Positions 12,547-25,299 of a stretch of 64,000 nt of DNA are shown piece by piece (the first letter of the stretch is position 1; each line of letters starts with the position of its first letter). A model generated the notes under the pieces. The model was not told the DNA's origin, searched no databases, and worked only from the letters and a program-made list of their open reading frames with translations. This DNA is from Octopus vulgaris (taxonomy: Eukaryota). The stretch spans positions 4,030,001 through 4,094,000 of the forward strand of contig OX597817.1 of the NCBI GenBank assembly GCA_951406725.2, read 5' to 3'. Position numbers and translations under genes: made by a program.

Positions 12547-12937
12547 CAAAGTGGAGTTGTAGGGTACCGCACGAGTGGAATTATATACGAAAGAAGGTTT
12601 GAAAATGCAATTTTAAAAGATGTTTATTTACTTTACCGGTTTCAGTCTTTGGAAAAAGTTGGTCAAAAGTAACATGTAGAAGTTTGGTTGCGTTAATTAT
12701 TGGTTGTTACAAATTGCTACATTACATATATACAGTCTTTGGTAGGACAAGGACATGTGTAATGTAGCAATTTGTAACAACCAATAATTAACGCAACCAA
12801 ACTTCTACATGTTATTTATGACAATCTTTTTCCAAAGAGTGAAACCGGTAAAGTAAATAAACATCTTTTAAAATTGCATTTTCAAACCTTCTTTCGTATA
12901 TAATTCCACTCGTGCGGTACCCTACAACTCCACTTTG

Positions 12938-12941
<4 letters not shown>
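12543..12941. repeat. Near-perfect 400 bp palindrome flanked by (TA)n, each arm carrying a slightly decayed hammerhead
   Basis: Arms of about 187 bp are identical except for 5 clustered mismatches plus one next to the loop; 25 nt loop. Hammerhead motifs at 12628-12672 (-) and about 12812-12856 (+). Confidence 0.9.
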
Positions 12942-13026
<85 letters not shown>

Positions 13027-13359
13027 ATATATTTATCATTCTTAAACAAGAACATTTCTGAGAGTAACTTCGAAGTTTTGGCCACTTAAGCCATTGTCGG
13101 ACACGTATGTTATGTATGTATTTATGTTATACATGTATGTATGTATGAATGTATGAATGTATGAATGTATGTGTGTGTGTATGTACGTGTGTATATATAC
13201 ATTTTAATACTGTATACTTTATGACTTTAATGTACATATTTGCTTCATTTTTGATTAGCCACTAAAGACGTAAAAGTGAGTGTGCGTGCATGTGTGTATT
13301 AATGTATATTCCTGTGTATGTGTATATGTGTGTACGTATCTTTGTAAAATAAGAATGAT

Positions 13360-15096
13360 GACATTCATATGAATATCGGGTAAGTTTAATATTGATTAGA
13401 ATTATTTCGGTAACTCTAGAATCCAAACCATATTACATATGAATTCCAACCACGCTTCGTGGTTCGCTACCTCAACAACTCCTTTATAGGATCCAGTGGC
13501 TAAAGACATCATTAGGAGAAACCACGTCCTGTTTCGGCCCCTTCTCGTCTACCGTTTTTGACGTGGCGGGGCTCCACCTGTCAGAGGTGTCTTCAGTTCT
13601 GGCGTTGAGTACATTTTTTCCGTCAGCGGTCGAATGACCACCCTGACAGATCACCCTCTAAATACTCGCCGGAAGGCTCCAGCAGCCAGCGCCTGCAAAC
13701 TGGCATGTGACACAATCTAAGCTTCAACTGACCAATGGAGAGGAATGGCGCATAGGTTTGCCCCGCGCCTTCACTCAACCTACATTCCAACAGAGTCATG
13801 TTAGTTTCAGCTCCAGCAGCTAGAGCCGACTAGCTGTCTGGTGGTAAAAGCCTTCGAACTATCTGGGACAAGGACACGCAATGAACGATATAGTTCCCTC
13901 GACCCACCTGTCAAGCAGCTACACTTTTTAGATGTCAGCCGGCCTCACCTAGCGTCGCTATTTCCCAGTTGGCATGTTATGGATTTCGAGCCATTTCGGG
14001 TCTTCTCGTTTCAGCCATATATAGAAGCTGGCTTTGCCGATGGCCTCCTGTATCGTCCCCATTACTTTTCTCAGCTCTGAACTCGAAAACGCAAAATTTT
14101 AATTATCGTCGCCAGTTTTCCTTCAAAGACGCCTCTAGCCTCCACTGCCAGGTGTTAATCCTCGACAGTCCACCCCTGTTCTCTGCACTCTTCGATTAAT
14201 TTCTCATACCTCCCCTGCATCCGTTGCTCTGCATTAGCGATATTCACTTCCGATGGCACTGTCAGCTCTAGCTAAGCTCCAATTTCTCGTTCTGTATTCC
14301 ATAGGATAAAGTACAGCCTTTTTGTTGTTTTTATGCGTGGAAATATTAACAGTCTTCCCAAATCCACGGCCAGCTCCCACTAACCCTTCCGTCTTTCGTC
14401 TGTCGCGTATATATATTTTTATGAAGGCCTGGTCTTATGTCCTGTTCCCTCCTCCTGGAAGTATATCTTTCCGCGCTTTACCACTTTCGGGTATTCTCCC
14501 CTATTATTTCCTCGATCTTCTCCTTGAGTGCTGCGTTTATAACACCGAGGACTTGATTGTGTCGCCATGTATACGTGTCTAGTGCTAGCCTGTTTTCTGA
14601 CAGAACATGTCTCACTGTCGCTTTCTCTCCGCATCTACATTCTTCAGTCGTCTGTATGTTCCACCGGACGAAATTGGCCAGGGAAGGCAAACCGTCGGAA
14701 GTAGACTTGATCATGAAGGATGTTATTGCTTGTTCCCAAGCCTAAAGTTACTTCCATGAGATTCTGCAACTGACCACATATTCCTCCCATCAGGCACTGT
14801 CACTGTTGACTACATTGTATCAAATGAACATTTTGTCTTTCTTTTTCCACCTTTCTCAATTCGTGTACCACTGCCACTTTCATTTCTTTGACATGGCTCG
14901 TGCAAAATGGTTTGAAATTGTGCAACCTTCGACTGGATCTATCTTCTTGCGTCGCTCCGACTATATCGGCATGCCTTAGCTTTCCGATCGCGCTGTTTAC
15001 TGCTTTTCCTGCTTTCCGTTTCCTCGCTGTTCTTACCTTTGGGTAAATGGGTTTTGTGTGACTTGTCACGCATAATTCCGAAAAGTGGTACCGCAT
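13360..15096 (-). mobile_element. 5'-truncated HERO-like (RLE-clade) LINE, degenerate
   Basis: RKRKAGKAVNSAIGKLRHADIVGATQ, MIKSTSDGLPSLANFVRWNIQTTEECRCGEKATVRHVLS...ALDTYTWRHNQVL (Zn knuckle plus RHN), and ELTVPSEVNI (RLE motif). Confidence 0.8.
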
Positions 15097-15198
15097 TAGA
15101 CACTAGAAGTACTTTTATACGTTTGTGAATTTATGTTTGCATGTGTCGGTGTTTCAAATAGCATATGGATATGCATATGTACACACAGACACAGACAC

Positions 15199-15252
<54 letters not shown>

Positions 15253-15659
15253 ACACACACACATACATCATTTACATAAAAGCATGGGTAGAAGTTTGAG
15301 GCATATTTACTGTGACCGGACGCTCTTCTTGTCAGCAAACATCACCTGTTTCCAGAGATATATATTTTAGATACACACATTGACTCATGCATCTATACGT
15401 GTGTATGTATATGCATACCAATATTCTTTTATTCTTTTATTGGTTTCAACCAGGGACTTGCTGGAGCATACAGCTGGTTTCTGACTAAGTGATACAGTTT
15501 CCTTACACGTAGGATTCGCAGTTTCGATTCTCAGTCAAAATAGCTGAGGCTATGTATATTGAAAATTATTTTAAAATAATATGACTTTGAGCAAAATCTT
15601 TGACTATAAACGTGTCAGTCTATCTAAGTTGGAAATACGTGCAGAGATTGTACAATTTA

Positions 15660-15880
15660 CGAAGAGGTGCTGACAAGTTCCTAGCTTTTAGTAAAAGGAA
15701 AGAAAATACAGGAGAATCCGTGAATTATGATTTTATGCAACATATTCACCTTTCAGTTTCATACGCTTATTGCAGCTGCCCTTCAGTTTTCTAGGGTCTG
15801 TAAAAGATCTCAGATAGTTGGGTCTCCAGCCAGGCCTTTCGAGATACCTTAAAAGCCAGGAACATTTTTGCACCCCATCG
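15660..15880. mobile_element. Mariner-type MITE
   Basis: TIRs cgaagaggtgctgacaagttcctagcttt / aaagccaggaacatttttgcaccccatcg, TA on both sides. Confidence 0.75.
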
Positions 15881-17073
15881 TACAAAACGAAACCATTAAT
15901 TATGAAGATTGTATGTTTTACGGTTCTTTAATTTAAAATAACAGATGTGATTTCATATTCTACAATAATTATTTTCTGATTTTCTCTAGATTTTCATTAA
16001 AAATAAATCTTCATTAGCAACGCATTTCCCCAATAATGATCACAATATATTTACATCTGATAGCGTTGAAGCAATGTAACGTTTTGCTTGATGCTGTAGG
16101 AAAGGAATTTCATATTTCGAGAGAATATTGTATTACGTTCGAACTATTCTGAGGTTGTTTAGCAACGTTAGTGAAGTATAGCAGAATTGCTTCAGCTGGA
16201 ACATGAAATCGCATCCCTTAATTGGTTTGTTCGAAGCATAGTTTCTTTCTGAACCACGGTGGAAACGTAGAGAATATTTACTGCTTTCAGCTCGAAAAGT
16301 ATATTCATGTATGCTGGGACCGGTTCTGTAATATAAACCTAGGTTTTATACATTCATGGAGAACGAAAGAGGTTGGGAAAATAATAACCAAGTGATGGGG
16401 TATATTATTGTAGTCAGATGAAAAATAAAACAGAATTGTTAGATGTTTATTCATACAAGCATACTTCGATAGGAATAAAATATGTTACAACATAATGCAG
16501 CAACACCATTCAAGGTAATGCAATGTATGCTGTTATAATAACATGCGATGCCTGTTTACTGTAGACTCACCGAAAAATTACATCATGGAAAGATCTGATG
16601 GGAGTAGAAGCAGTGGCCAATGCAATAAAATATATTATCCCCTAGTGGGTAACAATCAAGTGTAAGATTATCAGAGGATGAAGTCAGTAGGCAACACTGT
16701 TCGTGTTGTAGCAAACTGAAGAGAGAATGGGATATTGTAAATAGAATAAAGGATCATATGAAGTTAATTGGAGTAGGTGACATTGAGGAAATCTTTAGAA
16801 AGAAACAATAAAAGTTCGTTATAAAATTCTATCAAATCAATTTCCTAAGATATAAATGGACCAGATTCTTGCGCTCGTCAATAGGATTATTCCATTCAGC
16901 GTACATTTGTTTTCCTTAATACTTCTTCACTTTTTTTTATCGTGGACACACACATATATATGTATGGGTGTATATATATATATGTATGCATTTATACATA
17001 TATATATATATAAATATAAATATATACACACATAAATATATATACACACACGCATAAATCTATGTATATATAT

Positions 17074-17112
<39 letters not shown>

Positions 17113-17136
17113 CACATATATATATTCATATATACG

Positions 17137-17190
<54 letters not shown>

Positions 17191-17272
17191 TGATGGCAGA
17201 GTGACGGAGAGAGGAAGAGAGCATATTTATGACTGTGCAAAGACATACGCACAAACTTACACCCCACTCACA

Positions 17273-17317
<45 letters not shown>

Positions 17318-17384
17318 TGTATGTATTCATCTCTCTCTCTATCTATCTAAGTATCTATCTCCATATATATATATATATGATTAT

Positions 17385-17415
<31 letters not shown>

Positions 17416-19128
17416 ACACGCATATATGTGTATATGAATATATAAATGCATATCTGACTTTATAAACTTGCAGAATATATATACATATATGTATGTATGT
17501 ACGTACGTATCTATATACGCACACAATAATAATATTATACAAATATTTATTTATACGGAGATATACGAAATATTTACATAAACTATCTCTTGTAAAAGGT
17601 GTTATGACGAAGAGAGGAGAGAAGAGAATGACATCCAGTTTACAGTTAATATTTTATTTAACTCCAATACGCCCTGCACAAGAATGCTATTCACATCTGA
17701 AACGCGCTGTCTTTTATCTGAACAAGACGAATACGCATAAATGCATACACACGCATTTACACGTAGATATAGATACATACATACATACACGTACATATTT
17801 CAGAACTAAGGCTAGAATTCGCAGTGTATCTATACATCAAGAAAAACTGCAATAATTTCAAAATACTAATATTGTAAGTGACAGTTGTACTGTATCATTC
17901 TGCTCTGTGTTCTGAATCTATTATATGAATTGACGACGACAGACCTTCAACGTTGTTACATGACGTGGTCATTGCAGCCGTGAATTTCTCACCAAGAAAA
18001 GAAACCTTTGTTGACTATAAAATATAGAACTTTTCTTTTATGTATTAAGCATTTGGACAAGGACAACATGACCTACAATAAAGACCTGACGGCCACCAGT
18101 AAAAAGGGTATCGCTGGATTATTTGATTACCGTATAATGAATGAAAATGTTCCTTAAATATTTATGGGTCCTTGGATCAGCAGTGATGGCATTTTTCTTC
18201 CGTAACAGAGTGTGTGGAAGTAGTGGTTCGTAAAATAAAATGATGATTCCTTCCCCTCCTTACATATAATTTGGGGAATGTTGCTCTCTGCTAAGTTGAC
18301 ATCATATATAAGGCAGGAAGACAATTTGAGTAGAAGGCTTTTCAGCCCCTAATGGAATGTGGCTACTCATCTCAAACATACAATATCATATGCACGCATG
18401 CACAAACACATTCACGCTGCAGCAGGATACATAAGCATACATCTATAGAAAATCTTAAGTAAATCTTCATGAGTCATTATGTCATAAATAACACCTTGCC
18501 AAATGTAATCCATCAAAGGGAAAAAATAGTTAAATTTCGGAATCGTGAGAAAAATATAATGATAAAACCAATCATCATATATGTCAACAAAAATTAGTGA
18601 ACAGATTCTTAGAAGAATTCGGTAAATTCAATTGTTATCATGATTTTAGAAATGCAACATTTTACTTATTGCCATTTGGTAGATTATGATGAAAATAGGG
18701 AAAAATATTGCAGCATTAGTCATCATGTAACAAACATTTCACAATGAACAGTTAAATCATAATTACAGGGAATAAGTTATGCAAAAGTGTTTGAACAGGA
18801 CACGAATATGTAACGTGGGGTCTGTAATGCACATCTGTGAAAAAAGAATTGAGATAATATGGTCTAAATTACTATAATAAACTCAGTCTTCTGTCACACC
18901 CTTAGGATATTAATTAATTTGACACTCTACACAGAAATCTTATCAAATAGCCTAACTCCGATTCATGTTTATAAGTATATCGTCCAATAAACCCATGTTG
19001 TTCTATTTACTAATACCATCCGTCTATTCAAATTATAAATTAATAAGACAATTATTTCAGTTAACGAGACGAGGAAGCATAATAGCAAAATTAACATGAA
19101 TACAACTTCAAATGAAATAATATACATG

Positions 19129-19526
19129 GGCGCAGGAGTGGCTGTGTGGTAAGTAGCTTGTTTACCAGCCACATGGTTCCGGGTTCAATCCCACTGCGTG
19201 GCACCTTGGGCAAGTGTCTTCTGCTATAGCCTCGGGCCGACCAAAGCCTTGTGAGTGGATTTGGTAGACGGAAACTGAAAGAAGCCCGTCGTATATATGT
19301 ATTTATATGTATGTGCCTGTATGTTTGTGTGTCTGTGTTTGTCCCCCTTGACAACCGATGCTAGTATGTTTACGTCGCCGTCACTTAGCGGTTCGGCAAA
19401 AGAAACCGATAGAATAAGTACTGGGCTTACAAAGAATAAGTCCTGGGGTCGATTTTCTCGACTAAAGGCGGTGCTCCAGCATGGCCGCAGTCAAATGACT
19501 GAAACAAGTAAAAGAGTAAAAGAGTA
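19129..19526 (+). mobile_element. tRNA-derived SINE, family A (full length, with internal TA/TG microsatellite)
   Basis: A box tggctgtgtggtaag, B box ggttcaatccc, CORE-like ggcaccttgggcaagtg, 3' tail ggtgctccagcatggccgcagtc...(gtaaaaga)n. Many copies in the window. Confidence 0.9.
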
Positions 19527-19554
19527 TATAATAATAATAAAACTGCTCACCATA

Positions 19555-19850
19555 TAGGTCAGTGGTTAGATTCACAATCATGAGGTAGTGAGTTCGATAG
19601 CCAGGCCGGGTTGTGTATTGTGTTCTTGAGCAAGACTCTTCATTGCATGTTCCTCCAGCTCACTTCTTTGTTGAAATCAGTTGCGACATCCCAGGTACCA
19701 AGATGTATTGGCCTTCACCTTTCCCTTGGATAACATCGGTAGAGAGGGAAGGTGACTGCATGGGTGACTGCTGGTCTTCCATAGAAACAACCTTGCTCAG
19801 GCTTTGTAGATGCAATCACATGGTCATTCGAGATGAAACGAGGGGCTTTA
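19555..19850 (+). mobile_element. Degenerate tRNA-derived SINE (related to 53105-53382)
   Basis: agtggttag...gagttcga boxes and ttgtgttcttgagcaaga core, shared with the 53105 copy. Confidence 0.55.
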
Positions 19851-19878
19851 CTTTACACTTTCTCTCTCTCTCTCTCTC

Positions 19879-19935
<57 letters not shown>

Positions 19936-20034
19936 ACATATATATATATACACGTATACAAAATGACCATCCCGAAATTCAACACACGGTTTCACATCAT
20001 GAATCTCGCAAAACGAATTCATAAAAGTGGGTGT

Positions 20035-20088
<54 letters not shown>

Positions 20089-20124
20089 GTGTGTGAGTGT
20101 GCGCGTGTGTGTGTGTGTATACAT

Positions 20125-20800
20125 CGATAAATTAAGAAATGGAGTTAAACGCAGGTGTTATTCAAATCTTTATACTTCCGACATATGTTTCGAAGAAAAC
20201 ATTGGTATGATTCCGAAGGGAATAAAATGATGTAAAACAATGTAATCAACTCGTCAAGGAAAAAGAGAAACAAAACGCATCAATTATCCATTTTAACCTA
20301 ATGTGATTACCGCGTATATGATGGAGGGAAGGCTGGCAAGTTGGTTTTTTTTTAAATAAACCGTCAACAGATTTAACTTCAAAGGCAACTTAGAGAATGA
20401 GAAGGAGGAAAAAGAAAGAAATTAATAGAAAATTAATAGTCGAGAAATATAGTGCGACAGATGAGTGGAAATACAGCTTAAAGGCGTGTAAATAGATATA
20501 TGTAGTGGAAATGAAATGTAAGAAGACAGTCAAAAATCAAATTTTATAGATTGGTAGAAACTACTTATAGGAAGTAAAGGTATGTTTTTGCCAATATTTG
20601 CAACGATAAACGCGTTCTTTAAACGTGAGAACAGAACGAGATACTGTTCATCGGTACAGAGCGGACAAAAGGATTCATCTTTATAATATGCAAAGCATCG
20701 AGATAGAATAGTCCATTCCAAACCAAATTGTTTATTGTGTTCCTTTAAAGACCAAATAAATTTACTAAATTTTTTCCCATGTATCGACTGTACTTTGAAG
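20125..20800 (-). mobile_element. Penelope-like element 3' fragment (GIY-YIG C-terminus plus pLTR)
   Basis: Reverse frame SKFIWSLKEHNKQFGLEWTILSRCFAYYKDESFCPLCTDEQYLVLF matches the PLE motif S.YIW.LK...W.IL....Y....C.LC..EK. A hammerhead lies downstream, and the fragment abuts a TA/TG microsatellite. Confidence 0.8.
20175..20262 (-). ncRNA. Type I hammerhead ribozyme in a PLE pLTR
   Basis: Minus strand: stem I TTTCC/GGAAG, core TTGACGA, long stem II (acattg/caatgt), GAAA, palindromic ACATATGT, GTC triad. Confidence 0.75.
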
Positions 20801-21272
20801 TGCTTAAGTGATTCGAACTTGAGGCGTTATTGAATATAGAAATGAGAATCAAATTAGGAAAATCAATTCACATATAACAATACATACCTTCAGCCATAGA
20901 ATCAATATGCATGAATTTTTAAAGATATACTTAATACATCAAGCATATTAAAAATATATAGATATATAAAAAAGGATAAATATGACAAATGATGGATGGG
21001 ATGCAGAGAACAAGGTTGATTTCTTCATCATAGCTAAGGTAAACTTAAAATTTTTCTTTGTTAGTTTCTGAATATCACTCAGCAATACATCTTGCCCTTG
21101 AGAAACTTAGTGAAATATATTAATTCCAAGGCTTTAGGCCGTATCTTACAAAGAAATTTCATTTCAAAACAATGTGACTTTGGACTGTATGAGATGTTTG
21201 GTGACTTCCAGTCGCATTTTCAACGATATGTGAGGCCGTAGTTTCAGTAAAGCAATTCATTCTTAATAGATA

Positions 21273-21696
21273 TACTCTTACTCTTTTACTCTTTTACTTG
21301 TTTCAGTCATTTGACTGCGGCCATGCTGGAGCACCGCCTTTAGTCGAGCAAATCGACCCCAGGACTTATTCTTTGGAAGCCCAGTACTTATTCTATCGGT
21401 CTCTTTTTGCCGAACCGCTAAGTGACGGGGGCGTAAACACACCAGCATCGGTTGTCAAGCAATGCTAGAGTGACAAACACAGACAAACAGACAAACATAT
21501 ACAAACACATACATATATATATATACATATATACGACAGGCTTCTTTCAGTTTCCGTCTACCAAATCCACTCACAAGGCTTTGGTCGGCCCGAGGCTATA
21601 GCAGAAGGCACTTGCCCAAGATGCCACGCAATGGGACTGAACTCGGAACCATGTGGTCGGTTAGCAAGTTACTTACCACACAGTCACTCCTGCGCC
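21273..21696 (-). mobile_element. SINE family A, full length
   Basis: Reverse complement of the 19129-19526 family. Confidence 0.9.
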
Positions 21697-22498
21697 TATG
21701 TATCAGATTGTACATAAAAATTCAACTCCTTACTACTCACAACAATCTTGACATATATCAAAGAACAATTTAAACATAGACATACCACCTATGAAGTACA
21801 AATATGATAAATTATGCTCTTGCAACATAGCAAATAATGTCAAGTACTAGAAGGAAACTGAAACTACAAGTCAAAAATTGTCACTGTGTATACAAAATAT
21901 CAGACTTGCATTATATGTTCGCGTTCATCAGTTTCAATATGAATTTTGAAGCTTATTCATTTGCTTTTGATTTGTATTATAATGACCGTAATGATTTGGC
22001 CCTCCACTAGGGGTATAATTTTAAATGATCCAATTACCTTTAGGTTACTGCATTCATTATACAACCCCCTATTCACGCATTTGTTTTCTATTCTGAAGAA
22101 TTCCTCGAAAATTGTGTAAGACCACTGATGTCCATAATGGCAATTAGAATGACCATGATATACGACCATAACTCATCTTACAACCATATAACAGCGGGAT
22201 TATCTCGTGTCATAAACTCGAAGTGTGAAATGTATAACATAGAGATGAGTAAAACAATAACATTTCTTTCGTAAGAGAATGTGTTCTACACTGCGAGAAA
22301 CACACTTTGTTTACGTACAAGCCGTTACATTGTATAATTTCACCTAGATTTGTTCAAGAAACTCTAATCGAGAATGCTTACCAACAAATATTTTCTAGCG
22401 TTCCTTCTGCATATTTCGTAATTTCTACACTTGTGGTGATGTCATTACTGTTATTAGCAGGCTGGAGGCCACGTGGAGAACATTCTTGCCTTGGATAT

Positions 22499-24795
22499 CA
22501 CTGGACAACAAAATTTTGGTACTGGAGTGAAATCATGTGTTTTAGACAAAATCGAGGTTGCTGATATCGGATCTGCACTCAGAATTCTACAAGCACGTCA
22601 GGGTTTTGGTTATACTCATGCGCAAGATTATGAATATACTTTCGGTTTGATGTAGGCCGTATTATAAAATTTGCTAAACTGAAAGTGGTTTTACTACAAA
22701 ATTAAGGAAATAACAGCAATAAAACAAACGGTGAGAAAATTCATTATTTAGTTTAGCGCTAACGTATTATGTGGAATCGCCAAATATGTCAATTTGTTCT
22801 TCGTAACTCTCAGTCACGTGTGGTATGTGTTTCTCTCGCTCTGTGTGATTACTGTTTTAACTGTGGTCATTATGTTAGCTCATGAATAAGAGAGGCTGTA
22901 TGAATCACCCAGACAACTTTTGTTATGTCTTTGGAAATTTGCTCTGCGTGACCAGCGGAAGAACATTGCCACAAAATTAAAACTGCCTATAAATATTATT
23001 TCGGATGTAAAGCTGGGGACCAAAACAATAGGTGGGAACCTCATACATGCTGCACCGTGTGTTACTCACGACTTACACAATGGAAATGCCTTTTGCTGTA
23101 CCAATCGTATAGCGTGAGCTAACCAATCATGTCTTCGATTGTTGCCTTTGCATGACTACTGGTAGTAGTTCCTCAAAGAGAATCAAAGAAAAAATTGTGA
23201 ATGCAGATTATAAGTCGGCTCTAGAACCGGCTCTAAAACCGCTCCCACATGATTTCTAGAACCCTGTCCCAGTTCCCCTCTCACATGATTTACTTGAAAC
23301 TTTGGCACGTTGCACGATGAACCCCTTGATTCTCCTATCGACGAAGAGTACGTAATTGCTTCTAAGAAAAATGAGCCACGCTTGTTTAACCAAGAAGATT
23401 TGAACGATTTAGTAAGAAGCCTAGCATTGTCAAAGGAGAAGGCAGAAGCTTTGGGATCCAGAATGCAGCAACGGAATCTCCTACAGCAAGGTACAAAAAT
23501 TTCTATTTTCCGTTCTCGCCGAGGAGGCTTTTCTGTTTTTTGAAGCATGAAAATAATGTTAGTTTCTGCACTTGGATACGTGCATGCGGCTAACTAATGG
23601 AGAGTGTTTATAGACTCGAGTAAGGTTAGTCTCAAAGCTTTGTTGTTACATAATAGCAATGAAAAACCTTCTATTCTTGTGAGTCATGTTGTCGGCATGG
23701 AAGACATTTAGGAATCGATAGAATTCACTCTGAAAGGAGTGAATTACTCAGTTCATAAGTGGAATATTTGTGGTGATTTAGAGGTGATTTTCCTCCTCCT
23801 GGGACTGCATCTGGGATATACCAAAAATATGTGCTACTTGTGTATTTGGAACAGTTGCGACGACAGCAATCATTGCACTGTAAAAGACTGGCCTAAAAGG
23901 AATGATCGCATAGCTCGGTCGGTACAATGATCAACATATACCATTGGTAGACACGCAAAAGATCTTCCTTCCACCCATTCGCATCAAACTCGGTCCCATG
24001 AAAAGCTTCATAAAAGCAAAGACACACAATGGCTGTGGCATCCAGTACCTAAAAGTAAAAGTTGGTGCAGAAAAAACTGCACCAAAAACCTGCAGCAAAC
24101 TGCAAAACTGAAGAGCATTTTCACTGAACTCGAGATCAGAGAAGTGATGTCTGAGAGCAAATTGAGAGGTAAACTGAATCCAGCTGAGATGATCGCATGG
24201 CGTTCATTCATGTTAGTTGTATAGACCTTTCTTGGAAATCATAAAGCTGAAAACTATGCTGATTTAATAAACAACATACTAACAGCGTATGAAAGAATGG
24301 GATGCCGAATGTCCCTTAAAATGCATTTCTTGCATTCTCCACTCGATTTTTTCCAACGAATCTTGGTGCCGTTATTGAGATGGAAACGAGGTATCAAGGC
24401 CGGTTCAATCCACACATAATGGGTGACTACTGCTGGTTTCTACAACGGGAGACAAGCTCGATGCATAAGCGCAAGAGTGTATCAAACATTTCTGATCTAA
24501 TCAAAAATAAAGTGAGTCTTCCCTTAACATAAATATACTATGTAACATTATATTATAATACTATTTGCCTTGAACATAAATATACTATACACAGTACTAA
24601 TATACTATTATAATAATTATTTAACTTGAACTTAACTATTCCTGATTCTAATTTAGTATGAGTATATAATTATGCACATAATTCAAAATCCTGACGTGCT
24701 ATAACAATTCTGAGTTCGGATTCAGAATCAGCGTACTCGATGTAGTTTAGTACAGCATCATTTGTCTGGGCAGCAGACAATAATTTTTTCACAGG
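22499..24795 (+). mobile_element. Chapaev3-like DNA transposon, full length but pseudogenised
   Basis: Transposase remnant about 22882-24500: MNKRGCMNHPDNFCYV, EPRLFNQEDLNDLVRSLALSKEKAEALGSR, DSSKVSLKALLLHN, WNICGDL..LLGLHLGYTK.MCYLCIWNS, IFLPPIRIKLG, MSLKMHFLHS, RYQG...GDYCWFL. Imperfect ~110 bp TIRs starting CACTG, with TAT on both sides. Confidence 0.8.
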
Positions 24796-25299
24796 TATTT
24801 ATTTGGTGTGGATGGCTGAGGGAAACATCTTGTAAGAAAGAATATTTGGCAGTAAAAAGCTGAAATAAACAGGAACAGCAATATTTCCTCAAATTAGCTA
24901 CTACAAATAGCAATTTCAAAGTACTATCATAGGAACACGTATTCTTGTTATATTTTGACTTGGGTTAAGGATAAATTTCAGCTGAAACCACTTAAAACTT
25001 CTAATGGTATTTACATGTTTGATTTTATTAAGACGGTGGAATGACAGAAAAACCTACGTAACAAATTTAGTGTCTCTCTTCTGTGTTGTGTATTGTTATC
25101 ATAGCAGGATCACGTTTGCACCCAATCTTATTGTGCTGATTAAGAAAAGGAAAAGCATTAATTTTCTAATATAATCGATATAATTTACAGAACACCAATC
25201 ATATAAATATGCATCCATTCTCCAATGTCAGAAATCAGCATTTCATTTCATCTTATAGAGATCCCATAGGTGAAATCAAAGCTACCACCGGCGGCATTT

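Noticed and set aside
16440-16925. Possible further PLE end with a hammerhead on the minus strand
   Set aside because: The core is too decayed (ATGATGT, GAAGT) and the protein motifs are not convincing.
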